Positions 18,554 to 27,967 of a stretch of 54,902 nt of DNA are shown here, piece by piece. The notes beneath the pieces are model-generated. The model was not told the origin of the DNA. It was given only the letters and a program-made list of their open reading frames with translations, and ran no database searches. This DNA is from Verrucomicrobia bacterium UBA1412 (GTDB taxonomy: Bacteria; Verrucomicrobiota; Verrucomicrobiia; Limisphaerales; UBA1412). A program made the position numbers and the translations under genes. Each line of letters opens with the position of its first letter. The stretch's first letter is position 1. The stretch spans positions 40,660 to 95,561 of the forward strand of contig DBPU01000026.1 of NCBI GenBank assembly GCA_002305615.1. Reading direction: 5' to 3'.

Positions 18554-19264
18554 ATGAAACCGATTCTTCACAATTTGCCCAGCTCTGAAATTCTCTGCCA
18601 GAAAATGGCAGAGCAGGCCTTGCATATCCTTCAACCTTCTGAGACTCCGGCTTCGATCGCTCTGACCGGGGGCAGAACCGCAGAGGGTATCTATCGCTCC
18701 ATTTGCGAACAGTCTCTGGATATCCCTGTGCGTTGGAGAAACGTTCATTTTTTCTGGGGTGACGAACGCTGTGTGCCCATGAACGCCCCCGAGAGCAATT
18801 ATCGCCTTGCTCAGGAATCCCTCCTGACGCCGCTCAGAATTCATCCCGCCAATATCCATCGGATACCGACTCAGCTTCCGCCCGATGAAGCAGCAGCAAA
18901 AGCCACCGAAGATTATGAAAACTTCCTTAAATCTGCTGAGGCCTCTTCCCTTCGTCTGGTTCTTCTCAGCATGGGAGAAGACGGCCACATCGCCTCTCTC
19001 TTCCCGGACGGAATAACGAACTCACTCAATTCCTATTTGGCTTACAGTTTCGTGACGGGTTCCAAACCTCCGCCGGAGCGAATTACTCTTAATTTTTCAG
19101 AACTGTCAATCGCCGAACATGTTTTAATTGCTGTCTCCGGTGAAGAAAAAAAAGAGAAACTTGAGGCTATCCTCGCTTCAAACATCCAGCAGTCTCCGTT
19201 GGGAGAACTCCTACACCTCCGTAATCGTTCCCAAAAAGAGACCCACCTCTATATTACCCCTTAG
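18554..19264 (+). CDS. pgl: 6-phosphogluconolactonase
   Basis: Motifs IALTGGRTAEGIY, FFWGDERCVP, SNYRLAQESLL and LLSMGEDGHIASLFP. Length is 236 aa. Confidence 0.8.
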   Translation: MKPILHNLPSSEILCQKMAEQALHILQPSETPASIALTGGRTAEGIYRSICEQSLDIPVRWRNVHFFWGDERCVPMNAPESNYRLAQESLLTPLRIHPANIHRIPTQLPPDEAAAKATEDYENFLKSAEASSLRLVLLSMGEDGHIASLFPDGITNSLNSYLAYSFVTGSKPPPERITLNFSELSIAEHVLIAVSGEEKKEKLEAILASNIQQSPLGELLHLRNRSQKETHLYITP

Positions 19265-19269
19265 GAACA

Positions 19270-22200
19270 CTACTTGGCCTCTTCAACTTTGTTCGGCTTA
19301 AACAGGCCTTTAATCGTCTTAAAAGGACGCATGATCATCATGACTGGCTTGGGAATGTAAATAAACTCCATCTCCGGTTTTTCAAATGTTCCTTTGACTG
19401 TGCAGCGGAAAGCCCGCCGCAAAGGAGTTACGGCAAAGTTAATGGCCTTACCCACGTCGCCCCAGCCTTTCAGTATATCCATATCCACTACGGCATCCAG
19501 GTTGCGGTTGAAATCTATCGTCCCTTTGTAAAGCATTTGAAATGTCGGTGAAGCTATTTCCAAGTCTTCGGTCAAAATGACGGAATCTGTCATCGTAAAG
19601 GTCCCGCCACCCTTGGAGGCTTGAGAGTTGCCCAGCCCCGGAGAAACCTCGTTGAGCACATCAGAAAAAAGCCCAAAGACGGGTATATCCCAGATCAGTC
19701 CATTGGTGATGCTGGCATATCCATGTCCATTCCAGCTCCCCCAATCCATGGTATTTGCCTTTTCAACCACGAGCCGACCTTCCATCAGCCCCTCAAGCTT
19801 GTTCGGCTTGTTGTTGAAGCTATCGATAAAAGGTTTCAATGCACAGTTTTCAAACTGAGTGTCGAATTTGAAATTGGCTCCCGGTTTTGACGTAAAGTCA
19901 AAAGCAGCCCAGCCATTGAGAGTCCCTTCATAAAAATCAGCTTGGATATTAGTCAAAGACAAATACTCCCCTTGCCAGCGAACCAAACCCGTTACATTCT
20001 GAGGATTCAACTTCCACCACTTTAGGCCAACACCTTTTTCAATCTGAAAATCCACATGAGAGTGCTCGGCTTCATCCACGGGTATGACTCCATTCACACT
20101 TACATGAGGAGGCTGGTCGAAGAAATAGTGCTCCATAGCCGAATCAGTTACAGGCCCGATCATCCGGGTGATGATGCGCGGATAAAGATGGCAGACCGCA
20201 TTGGTGATCGTCACCTCCTTGTTGACGCTCGAAAAGGTGACCTCTCCAACCTTCCCACCTTGGCCGGCTACAGGCTCTGCAGGAGTCTCATTTCCACCTT
20301 CCGGCAGAGGAGCCGAAGTAGGAGGCAATCGCAGTTCCGTATCCGTAGCGCGCACAAGCCCGTTTGTGTAAGTAACGCTGGACTGAACATACTCCAGAGG
20401 CTGCCCTCGAAAAATAAAATTCTCCGCAACGACTTTTCCATCCAGCCCACTTTTGCTCAGATCCTTCCATCGTCCCCAGAGCTTGGCCTGAATCTCGGGG
20501 GCTGTAGTAAACTGGAACATATCCAGCGCTTTGACGGCTCCTTCTCCCAGAATGGGCGCCAAGGCTTGTGGATTGCACTGGCTCTTGAAATTCCATAGAT
20601 AATCCTGGCTTTCGGAGTCGCCTTCATAATAAAAAACAACACTTCCTTCAGGGCGGGCGACTTTGAATTCAGGGAGAGTCCACAATTTGTTCGTAAGACA
20701 AAAGTCGCCCTCTGCACTCAACACGGGAATTCCCCGGAAGTTCGCATTGGTCCCCTGCACGTGCCCTTTTAATTCCAGCGAAGGCAAAACTTCCCGGTTC
20801 CAATTTGGTTTGAGATTCGTCCACTCGGCCAGCTTCACCTTGGCCGATGCACTGACCGTCGGAGGAGAATCCGGTTCCCAACCAAATTGTTTAATCCACC
20901 TTTGTCCGGCTGCATCCAGCAGGTGAGCCATTTGATGCGCATCAAAATCCATCTCCCCTTTGCCCAAGGCAAAACGGGTTTCCATATTCAATTTTGCAGA
21001 TAGGTCCAGCTCACCGTGATGAAGTTGAGAATAGATTTTTTTCAATTGAAACTCCGGTGCAGACCAATCCAGAGCAAGATTCAAGTGGTCAGTTCTTACC
21101 AACGGTTTCGGGACATAGAGAGGCCCCAAGTTCAAACTCAGATCACAGCTCAAGGGAATTGCCCAGCGCCAAAGACCATATTCGGGTGTGTTCCACTTCG
21201 CATACTCCGCAGGCTGCCGGTTGGTCAGAGTCACATCTGCATCCATCCAGTCGGTCTCACCCCATTGGGTCTTGGGGCGTGCTAGCCGGAATGAAGTACG
21301 CACCCGCTCAGGAAAATCAGGGTGACTCAAAAGCGCCTGATATTTCTCTAAATTGAAGTCTTTAAACAAACCTGAGTTGAAAAGAGAAAAGGGGCCCTTC
21401 TCCAAATCCCAGTTGCTATCCATTTCTGCCTGAAATTCGAGGAGCTCCGTTCCGCCAATTTTATCAATTTGTAAATTTCCGGCCTGGATATTGACGTTCA
21501 CCCGTGTTTTCGTGGCTGTTTCAGAATCCCGCTTGGCCTGCAGATCAAAATGGAAATCACGCGCCGAGAAAAGTTGATTCGAAGCCCAGTTCGCATTCGC
21601 CTCCAAATTCAAGGCCACCGGAATCATCTTTTCGCTATTGAAAGAAAGCGCTCCCTCAAAATTGATCTGATCCAAATAAATATTCAAACGCTGGCTGGAG
21701 GCCTTTTCCAAACTGGCCCGCAATTTCAAATTCTTCAGTCCCTCCCCGCTTTCTAAATCCGACAATGAAAGTTGTGCCTGAAAATGATCGCCCACACCAT
21801 AGCTTCCGTCTAAATCCTGAACATCAAAAATCACATCGGCGCTGGATTTCATCCAATCTTCTGCATCAAGCTTGAGTCTGAAAAGCAATTTCGGTGAAAC
21901 TTTCGTCTCAAAAGTCTCCAGCCAATTTTGTGCATATAAAATAGACCTTTTGATCTTCTTGAGCTGCTCCGGGTCGCGCTCTTTTCTCTTTGGCAGGCGT
22001 AAACTGGCCAGGGCATCTGCATTTATCAACTCTCCGCTGATATTTATCTCCATGTTCAGCAGCTTGCCTCTTAAATTCTTGAGAGTCCAAACATCCTGAT
22101 CCATCTCGTCAAATACCATGACTCCGGATATTTCATCGAGCCGAAGCACCTCATTGTCCTTTTCTCCAAGAGGCCACTCCAAAAGCCCCTGGCGAATATA

Positions 22201-22584
22201 GACTGAATCGATGATATTACCGCTATGCAGCCACCTCCAGCAACTCATGTTCAGCACGGCATCTGATAAAAAGAAGTGCGCTGTCCCCTCCTTATCTTGA
22301 GTCAAAGAGAGCCCGGTGGCGGAAACCCCCAGCCCCCATGCTAGCTTTAATTTCTGAGCCTTAAACTCAAAACCCAAAGATTTAAGCTCTCGGGCAATTT
22401 GACGCGTCGCAAAATCCGGCAGGCCAACCGTCGTAAGCCAGAGAAAGCAGAAAAAAAGCAACAACACGGCAGCAAACAGCGGATAGAACATCCAGCGCAT
22501 CAGCTTCCTTTTTCGCTTCAGATACAGCCAAAAAGCGGAGGCTCTTTGACCTATCAGGCTCCAATTATTTCTTTTCAACAGCAT
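19270..22584 (-). CDS. Large AsmA/TamB/YhdP-like envelope protein (N-terminal TM anchor, beta-rich, AsmA-like C-terminal region)
   Basis: 1104 aa. A basic N-terminus is followed by the TM segment MRWMFYPLFAAVLLLFFCFLWL. The long beta-rich body ends with GTIDFNRNLDAVVDMDI...CTVKGTFEKPEMEF, resembling the AsmA-family C-terminal motif. The first ATG overlaps the upstream DUF4340 gene by 20 nt; an alternative ATG is at 22500. Confidence 0.55.
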   Translation of the reverse strand: MLLKRNNWSLIGQRASAFWLYLKRKRKLMRWMFYPLFAAVLLLFFCFLWLTTVGLPDFATRQIARELKSLGFEFKAQKLKLAWGLGVSATGLSLTQDKEGTAHFFLSDAVLNMSCWRWLHSGNIIDSVYIRQGLLEWPLGEKDNEVLRLDEISGVMVFDEMDQDVWTLKNLRGKLLNMEINISGELINADALASLRLPKRKERDPEQLKKIKRSILYAQNWLETFETKVSPKLLFRLKLDAEDWMKSSADVIFDVQDLDGSYGVGDHFQAQLSLSDLESGEGLKNLKLRASLEKASSQRLNIYLDQINFEGALSFNSEKMIPVALNLEANANWASNQLFSARDFHFDLQAKRDSETATKTRVNVNIQAGNLQIDKIGGTELLEFQAEMDSNWDLEKGPFSLFNSGLFKDFNLEKYQALLSHPDFPERVRTSFRLARPKTQWGETDWMDADVTLTNRQPAEYAKWNTPEYGLWRWAIPLSCDLSLNLGPLYVPKPLVRTDHLNLALDWSAPEFQLKKIYSQLHHGELDLSAKLNMETRFALGKGEMDFDAHQMAHLLDAAGQRWIKQFGWEPDSPPTVSASAKVKLAEWTNLKPNWNREVLPSLELKGHVQGTNANFRGIPVLSAEGDFCLTNKLWTLPEFKVARPEGSVVFYYEGDSESQDYLWNFKSQCNPQALAPILGEGAVKALDMFQFTTAPEIQAKLWGRWKDLSKSGLDGKVVAENFIFRGQPLEYVQSSVTYTNGLVRATDTELRLPPTSAPLPEGGNETPAEPVAGQGGKVGEVTFSSVNKEVTITNAVCHLYPRIITRMIGPVTDSAMEHYFFDQPPHVSVNGVIPVDEAEHSHVDFQIEKGVGLKWWKLNPQNVTGLVRWQGEYLSLTNIQADFYEGTLNGWAAFDFTSKPGANFKFDTQFENCALKPFIDSFNNKPNKLEGLMEGRLVVEKANTMDWGSWNGHGYASITNGLIWDIPVFGLFSDVLNEVSPGLGNSQASKGGGTFTMTDSVILTEDLEIASPTFQMLYKGTIDFNRNLDAVVDMDILKGWGDVGKAINFAVTPLRRAFRCTVKGTFEKPEMEFIYIPKPVMMIMRPFKTIKGLFKPNKVEEAK

Positions 22585-24553
22585 CCCTGCCCATCAGGAT
22601 ATCGAGCATATTCCCGTAATACTCATAGACTACCGGCGGGAACTTGAAAACCCACGTTTTTCCAAGCCGCTTGACCACAGCAGTCTGCATTCCGTCCACT
22701 CTGAGATTACCAAAAATTATCTGGCAATCCCGCACATTGCCTTTATTCAAGTATTGAATCGTCAGGGAACGCTCCGCCTCTGCCGTTTCAAATTCCGGGG
22801 GAATGCTCTCTCCCATGTATATCCAACTTTCAGCCCGCAACGTCCCCAGGCGATAAACCAGCTCATCAAATATAAAAACCACCTCATCCGGAATCTCCCC
22901 AACAAAGCCCGAAATCTTATATTCACCATCCATTTCGCGCTCGACTACCCTGCTGCGCGCCCCGAGTTGAAAGGTCGCCTGCACGAAATCATTCGTTGTG
23001 AAATTCATGACATCCCGGACACTCATCTGGAATGCGTCGGTGGGGAACTTCATTGCATCGTCTTTGGTCACTTCACTCACAGAAGATTCATTTGCAATAT
23101 TGCCGTCACCGAAAGCTCTCATATAAACCTTCTCCTGAACCCCTTCCGCTTCTGAAGCTGGCTGTTGAACCGAACCAAAATCCACTTGTTGAGAAGCAAG
23201 CTCTTCTCTTTCCACCCGGATACTCTGAAACGGTTTCGTCAATCCATACGAGGAAAAATCGGTCACTGCGTCCTTAACGACTTCCAAGACCTCCGTATGA
23301 GCCAATTGATCCAAAAGCCATTCCACCACCTCGGAATCAGCCTCGTAACTATTGGTCCCGCTGAGTGTGTTTGTCCCAAATCCTTCAGCCATCCACGCCT
23401 CTCCGGAATTCCCCTTTTTCAGGACAAAACCGCCTTTACCCTTTTCATCAAAAGGCGAGCTTGTAAAAACGACCTCTTTGACTTCGTTGGTCTCAATATC
23501 CCAGAGTCGCCGCGTCCGCAGTTCCTGCCACGGAAACATCAAATTCCTCAGAAATTCCCCTTTTGCAAGAACCACATTGGTGCTGTTTTTGTCAATTAAT
23601 CCTATGTAGGCCGCTGCCGTATTAGTGACGTCTATGTTCCCGAATTGAACCTTCAGGTTTCTAAGCTCCACTGCCGCATTTGCATTAGATGAAGCCCCAC
23701 CCGATGGGACAGCTACCGCTCCACTCCCCGCAGCCGGAGGCACACTGGCAAACGTAAACTCTATTTCAGCTTGCGGCCGCTCCAATCCGTAACGAACATT
23801 AAATTCTCTGGGGTTATCTGTTACAAACTTGAGTACATCCCAACTGGAAAAAAGCGCCAACAAATCAGCAACCTTCTTCGATTCAGCCCTTGCCGGCGTG
23901 GGCCGAACAATGCTCCATCGCTCTGCGTCCCCTTGTCTTCGCTCCAGGTCAAAACCGTAAGGAGTCGGTGCCTTGAAGCTGACTTTTTCCACTCTTTGCT
24001 GGTCCAACCGCACAACTCGAGAATCTCTCCATCCGTCCGCCTCTTCGGGGATTAACTGAGAAAAAGAAGCAGGCGCCAGATAGACTCCATCTTTGCCAAT
24101 CAATTGAAAGAAGAGTTCGTCCTCACCCACTGTTTGATTGCCCAATCGGATTTCCACCCGTTCGTTTCCATGTTGAAGAATCAAGGAACGATGAAAAGGC
24201 TTGATGCCATAATCAACCAGTTCCTTTTTGTTGCTGGTTAATTCTTCTCCGGAGATGTATTGATCTGAGGTAAGAGATCGAATTGAGGAAACGATTTCTT
24301 CCAAAAGTTTTTCGTTTGCCGGATAACGGAGAGGTGCCTGCAAATTCCAATGCGCACCTTCTTTTAAGACGCTTACAAAACTGTTGGATGAATAAAAGAA
24401 ATCTACCGAGCTCACCTTCTTTTCATCCCAGCGGGGAAACAGGGGCCCCTTCTGCAGCACGACCGGTTGAATAGGCGACTTATCGAACCAGAACACAGCC
24501 ACGCCCAGAACAACAGCCAACCCAATCAATACCCACGTTAATCCCGTCTTCAT
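22565..24553 (-). CDS. DUF4340-like membrane-anchored periplasmic protein (partner of GldG-like ABC auxiliary proteins)
   Basis: 662 aa. The N-terminal anchor MKTGLTWVLIGLAVVLGVAVFWF is followed by repeated beta-rich modules. The gene lies immediately downstream of a GldG-like gene, and the second copy of this arrangement occurs at 37438..38817. Confidence 0.6.
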   Translation of the reverse strand: MKTGLTWVLIGLAVVLGVAVFWFDKSPIQPVVLQKGPLFPRWDEKKVSSVDFFYSSNSFVSVLKEGAHWNLQAPLRYPANEKLLEEIVSSIRSLTSDQYISGEELTSNKKELVDYGIKPFHRSLILQHGNERVEIRLGNQTVGEDELFFQLIGKDGVYLAPASFSQLIPEEADGWRDSRVVRLDQQRVEKVSFKAPTPYGFDLERRQGDAERWSIVRPTPARAESKKVADLLALFSSWDVLKFVTDNPREFNVRYGLERPQAEIEFTFASVPPAAGSGAVAVPSGGASSNANAAVELRNLKVQFGNIDVTNTAAAYIGLIDKNSTNVVLAKGEFLRNLMFPWQELRTRRLWDIETNEVKEVVFTSSPFDEKGKGGFVLKKGNSGEAWMAEGFGTNTLSGTNSYEADSEVVEWLLDQLAHTEVLEVVKDAVTDFSSYGLTKPFQSIRVEREELASQQVDFGSVQQPASEAEGVQEKVYMRAFGDGNIANESSVSEVTKDDAMKFPTDAFQMSVRDVMNFTTNDFVQATFQLGARSRVVEREMDGEYKISGFVGEIPDEVVFIFDELVYRLGTLRAESWIYMGESIPPEFETAEAERSLTIQYLNKGNVRDCQIIFGNLRVDGMQTAVVKRLGKTWVFKFPPVVYEYYGNMLDILMGRDAVEKK

Positions 24554-24566
24554 GAATATTCCAGAG

Positions 24567-26072
24567 CTAGTTGCGTCTTCGAGCCCACACGATCAAACCA
24601 ATCCCCAATATGCACCCCGGAACGATCGCCATCATGATCCACATGAGCAGATTGATTTGAATATCACTCAGGTTCAGCTGGTATTCCACGATGGCTCTTG
24701 GGCCGACTCCCTTCATCAACTGTGCCCGATCCAGCAACCAGTTGACTGCCAGAACCGCAAAATCCCGATTCCCGAAAGAAGCGTCTATCCAATTGTTATT
24801 GAGAAACACCGAGCTTCCCACGGCTACGATGCGGGTCGTTCCTTTAATGGAATCCACTCCTTGGAGCGCTCCTTTTTCCACTGAAACGGCCATGCTGTAT
24901 TCCTTGCTTTGCGCACTCTCAACCTGCATCTCTTTTCCATCCGTCGTAGGAGCTATGAGAACTCCCTTAGGCCCACTCATAAGCAGCTCCATAACCTGGG
25001 GTGCATCAGCTGCCTTTCCTGCATAGTCCGTCTTGGAGACCGCACGAGTCAGAGGCATATACATCTGAGAACCATACAAAGGCCGGGTAATAGGACTTTG
25101 AGAATTGAAGTTAGTCAACATGAGGCCCTGATTCAATCTGACAACCTCTGGGTCGTAAACCAGTTGATCCTTCACCTCAACGCCCCACTCCTTCAATAGA
25201 GGCTCCAGCCGGGTCGCTCCGGATTGAGGAAAGAGAACCAGCAAACTGCCGCCGCGCTTCAGATACTCCCCGACTTTGACGACCTCCTGATCTACCAACG
25301 GCTTTTTAGGTCCGGGAATAATCAGAAGGTTGCAATCGGCCGGAACCGTTTCTTCAGCCCAGATATGGAATTTTTTCACCTTTACGTAATTCTGAGTCAG
25401 AATCTCCGCAAATTTTGAATAACCGCTGATCTCATCCTTCTCTTCCGGGTCGAACTCATTATGCCCCATGGAAAAGTATGCCACACGTTCTCCGGTTTCC
25501 ATCAGTGAGGCAAGCGCCCCCGTAAAGAGCATTTCCCCTTTGAAGGTAATTCTTTTAACCTTTTGATCACGCCCCGAAACAACATCCGATACGTTAAAAT
25601 CAGAAAATTCCTTCTCATAGATTACTCTGGGGGGCTTGCCCTCAACTTCAAAAATTACCAGATCCCGAAAGAAAGTCTCCTTGTCTGAAGCAGGCAATGT
25701 GAGACGATACTTATTCTTTATGGCCTCTGCAGCCTGGGGATTTTCAATATAATCCACCCGCTGAACCTTCAGCCGACTGGTTACAGTTTCATACTCCTTG
25801 AGCAAATTATTAATGGATGCATAAAGCGGCAAATCCTCTTTAAAAAGCACGACGACTTTTACATCCTGTTTCAGGGATTTAAGAGCCTCCACCGTCATGG
25901 GTGAAAGCTTAGACGTATCCCGGTAATCCAAATGCCACCTAAAAAAATGCCTTGAACCCAGTAAATTCAGTAAAATGACCACTACCAGCAAACCGACCAG
26001 GGACCCCAGGACGTTGAGCTTGATCCGTCTGCGTTTGGTTGCTGAAAAACTAATTTTATCGTATTCCATCAT
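24567..26072 (-). CDS. GldG-like ABC-transporter auxiliary protein (ABC_transp_aux type)
   Basis: 501 aa. It has an N-terminal TM (LNVLGSLVGLLVVVILLNLL), a large periplasmic domain and a C-terminal TM (LLMWIMMAIVPGCILGIGLIVW). Its start directly abuts the permease stop (26072/26073). Confidence 0.7.
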   Translation of the reverse strand: MMEYDKISFSATKRRRIKLNVLGSLVGLLVVVILLNLLGSRHFFRWHLDYRDTSKLSPMTVEALKSLKQDVKVVVLFKEDLPLYASINNLLKEYETVTSRLKVQRVDYIENPQAAEAIKNKYRLTLPASDKETFFRDLVIFEVEGKPPRVIYEKEFSDFNVSDVVSGRDQKVKRITFKGEMLFTGALASLMETGERVAYFSMGHNEFDPEEKDEISGYSKFAEILTQNYVKVKKFHIWAEETVPADCNLLIIPGPKKPLVDQEVVKVGEYLKRGGSLLVLFPQSGATRLEPLLKEWGVEVKDQLVYDPEVVRLNQGLMLTNFNSQSPITRPLYGSQMYMPLTRAVSKTDYAGKAADAPQVMELLMSGPKGVLIAPTTDGKEMQVESAQSKEYSMAVSVEKGALQGVDSIKGTTRIVAVGSSVFLNNNWIDASFGNRDFAVLAVNWLLDRAQLMKGVGPRAIVEYQLNLSDIQINLLMWIMMAIVPGCILGIGLIVWARRRN

Positions 26073-26825
26073 CTACCTCCACCTGCGCCACTCCAAAACC
26101 CGCCATGTTAAAAAAAGAAAAAGAAAAGTTGATGTCACCAGAAAAATAAAGGGCCGGCTGTCCAATATTCCACGCGAACAATCCCTCATGTAATCCGCCA
26201 GAGATACCTTTGCCAATATTAAGGAGATTGGACCGGGATCGGGAACCACGAAGAGCACATTCACGCTCAACATAAAAATCCCCATGCCCAGGGTAAAACT
26301 CACCATTCCCGCCACAATCTGACTGCGGGTGAGAGCCGAGCCGAAACATCCAATGGAGATATAAAGAGCGCCCACCATCAATACTGCAAAATAGGTCGTA
26401 ATGATACTGGTGATATTCACCACCAGGGGATTATTAATGTAAAATCTCAAAAGCAGCATTGAGATAAATACAGGCAGCCAGATAATCGCATGGAAAAACA
26501 AAGCCCCGCAAAATTTACTCATGAGCACCTGTATATCGTTGACCGGGGCCGTCATTAAAATTTCATAAGTCCCCGTAGATTTTTCGTGCGCAAAAGTACG
26601 CATTGTGATGAGCGGTGCCGAAAGGAGCAATATCAGCCAAAAATACCAGGAAAAGAAAAACATTTCCGTCAATGTCATATCAGTCGGCTGATTATTTAAC
26701 CGATACACCAGGTCGTAAAAGCAAACCCCAACCAGAAACAGCGCTGCGCTTACAATCACATACCCGTTTAATACGCCAAAACAGACACCCAGCTCTCTTC
26801 TGAGTAACGTCTTAAAAACTTTCAC
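26073..26825 (-). CDS. ABC-2 type permease (GldF-like)
   Basis: 250 aa with about 6 TM segments, located between the ABC ATPase and the GldG-like gene. Confidence 0.75.
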   Translation of the reverse strand: MKVFKTLLRRELGVCFGVLNGYVIVSAALFLVGVCFYDLVYRLNNQPTDMTLTEMFFFSWYFWLILLLSAPLITMRTFAHEKSTGTYEILMTAPVNDIQVLMSKFCGALFFHAIIWLPVFISMLLLRFYINNPLVVNITSIITTYFAVLMVGALYISIGCFGSALTRSQIVAGMVSFTLGMGIFMLSVNVLFVVPDPGPISLILAKVSLADYMRDCSRGILDSRPFIFLVTSTFLFLFLTWRVLEWRRWR

Positions 26826-26846
26826 TGGTAAATCCTCCTCATTTCT

Positions 26847-27872
26847 CTATTCTTCATCCTCTTCTTCGTCTTGCTGTTTCCTGGTCAGGTGGACAAAAAC
26901 ATCCTCCAACGAAGGCCGGCTGATTGTCAGTTCTCTCAAAAACCAGTTGTTTCTTACTACCATTTTATAGAGTTCTTCTCGGGGATCAGCCGTTTCAGCT
27001 CCGAAAGAAAGAGAGCAAAGATAGTAATCCCCCTCAGCCGCAGAAATATCTACCGCCAGCAGTCCTTCAAAATTTTTCAGAGAGAACTTCAAATCTTCCA
27101 AAGGCGCCTTTATCTCCGCAACTACCCGGGAAGATTGCCCCATGACAGACTGTAAATGGGTCGTATCGTCAGAGGCCAATATCTTTCCCTGATTCAGAAT
27201 CAACACCCGATTGCAGGTCATCTCTATTTCATGCAGAATATGGCTTGAGATCAGGACCGTGTGTTTGCCTCCCAGATTTTTAATCAGTTGCCGAGCCGCA
27301 CGCACCTGGTTCGGGTCCAATCCCAAAGTCGGCTCATCCAGAATAATCAGCTCCGGCTCACTCAAAAGCGCATCTGCCAAACCTACCCTCTGCCGATACC
27401 CGAGCGAAAGCTGCCTGATCATCTTTCTGCGAACATCCTCCAGATCGCATTCCTTCATCACGGTTTCGGCGCGATCTCTGCTTTGGCGTGCATCCAGCCC
27501 CTTAAGCCGGCCTCGATATTTGAGATATTCATAAACCCGCATATCGTAGTAAAGGGGATTGTTTTCAGGCATGTAGCCTATCCGCTTGCGAACTTCATGA
27601 GATTCATCAAAAACATCAAATCCGGCCACCTTGGCCGTCCCGGAAGTCGCCGCTAAAAATGTGGATAATATACGCAGAGTGGTGCTTTTGCCTGCCCCGT
27701 TGGGCCCCAAAAGCCCCAAAATCTCCCCACGCTTCACGGTAAAATTTAAATTGCTGATCGCTTCAAAATCTCCGTAGCGCTTCGTCAGCCCTTTTACCTC
27801 AATCATCCACTCTTTGCTCGCATCACCCATAACAGCGCTTTTAAGTATAAAACCTTGCTTATCTGACTCCAA
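26847..27872 (-). CDS. ABC transporter ATP-binding protein (GldA-like) with an acidic C-terminal tail
   Basis: Walker A GPNGAGKST, signature LSLGYRQR, Walker B LIILDEPT. The C-terminus is KQQDEEEDEE. The true start may be an internal ATG (MGDASKEWMIEVKGL). Confidence 0.9.
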   Translation of the reverse strand: MESDKQGFILKSAVMGDASKEWMIEVKGLTKRYGDFEAISNLNFTVKRGEILGLLGPNGAGKSTTLRILSTFLAATSGTAKVAGFDVFDESHEVRKRIGYMPENNPLYYDMRVYEYLKYRGRLKGLDARQSRDRAETVMKECDLEDVRRKMIRQLSLGYRQRVGLADALLSEPELIILDEPTLGLDPNQVRAARQLIKNLGGKHTVLISSHILHEIEMTCNRVLILNQGKILASDDTTHLQSVMGQSSRVVAEIKAPLEDLKFSLKNFEGLLAVDISAAEGDYYLCSLSFGAETADPREELYKMVVRNNWFLRELTISRPSLEDVFVHLTRKQQDEEEDEE

Positions 27873-27967
27873 CCAAATTCTCTAAAGAATGCATGCCGGT
27901 TTTTCAGACCTGCAGCACCCAATAAGAGGCCCCCTTTTCGAAAGCCTCACCGTGTCAGAAACTGGAA

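Noticed and set aside
20056-20598. 180-aa plus-strand ORF, and several 60-120-aa ORFs on both strands, within 19.6-22.6 kb
   Set aside because: All are nested in the 1104-aa AsmA-like ORF. They are Arg/Ser/Pro-rich shadow frames.
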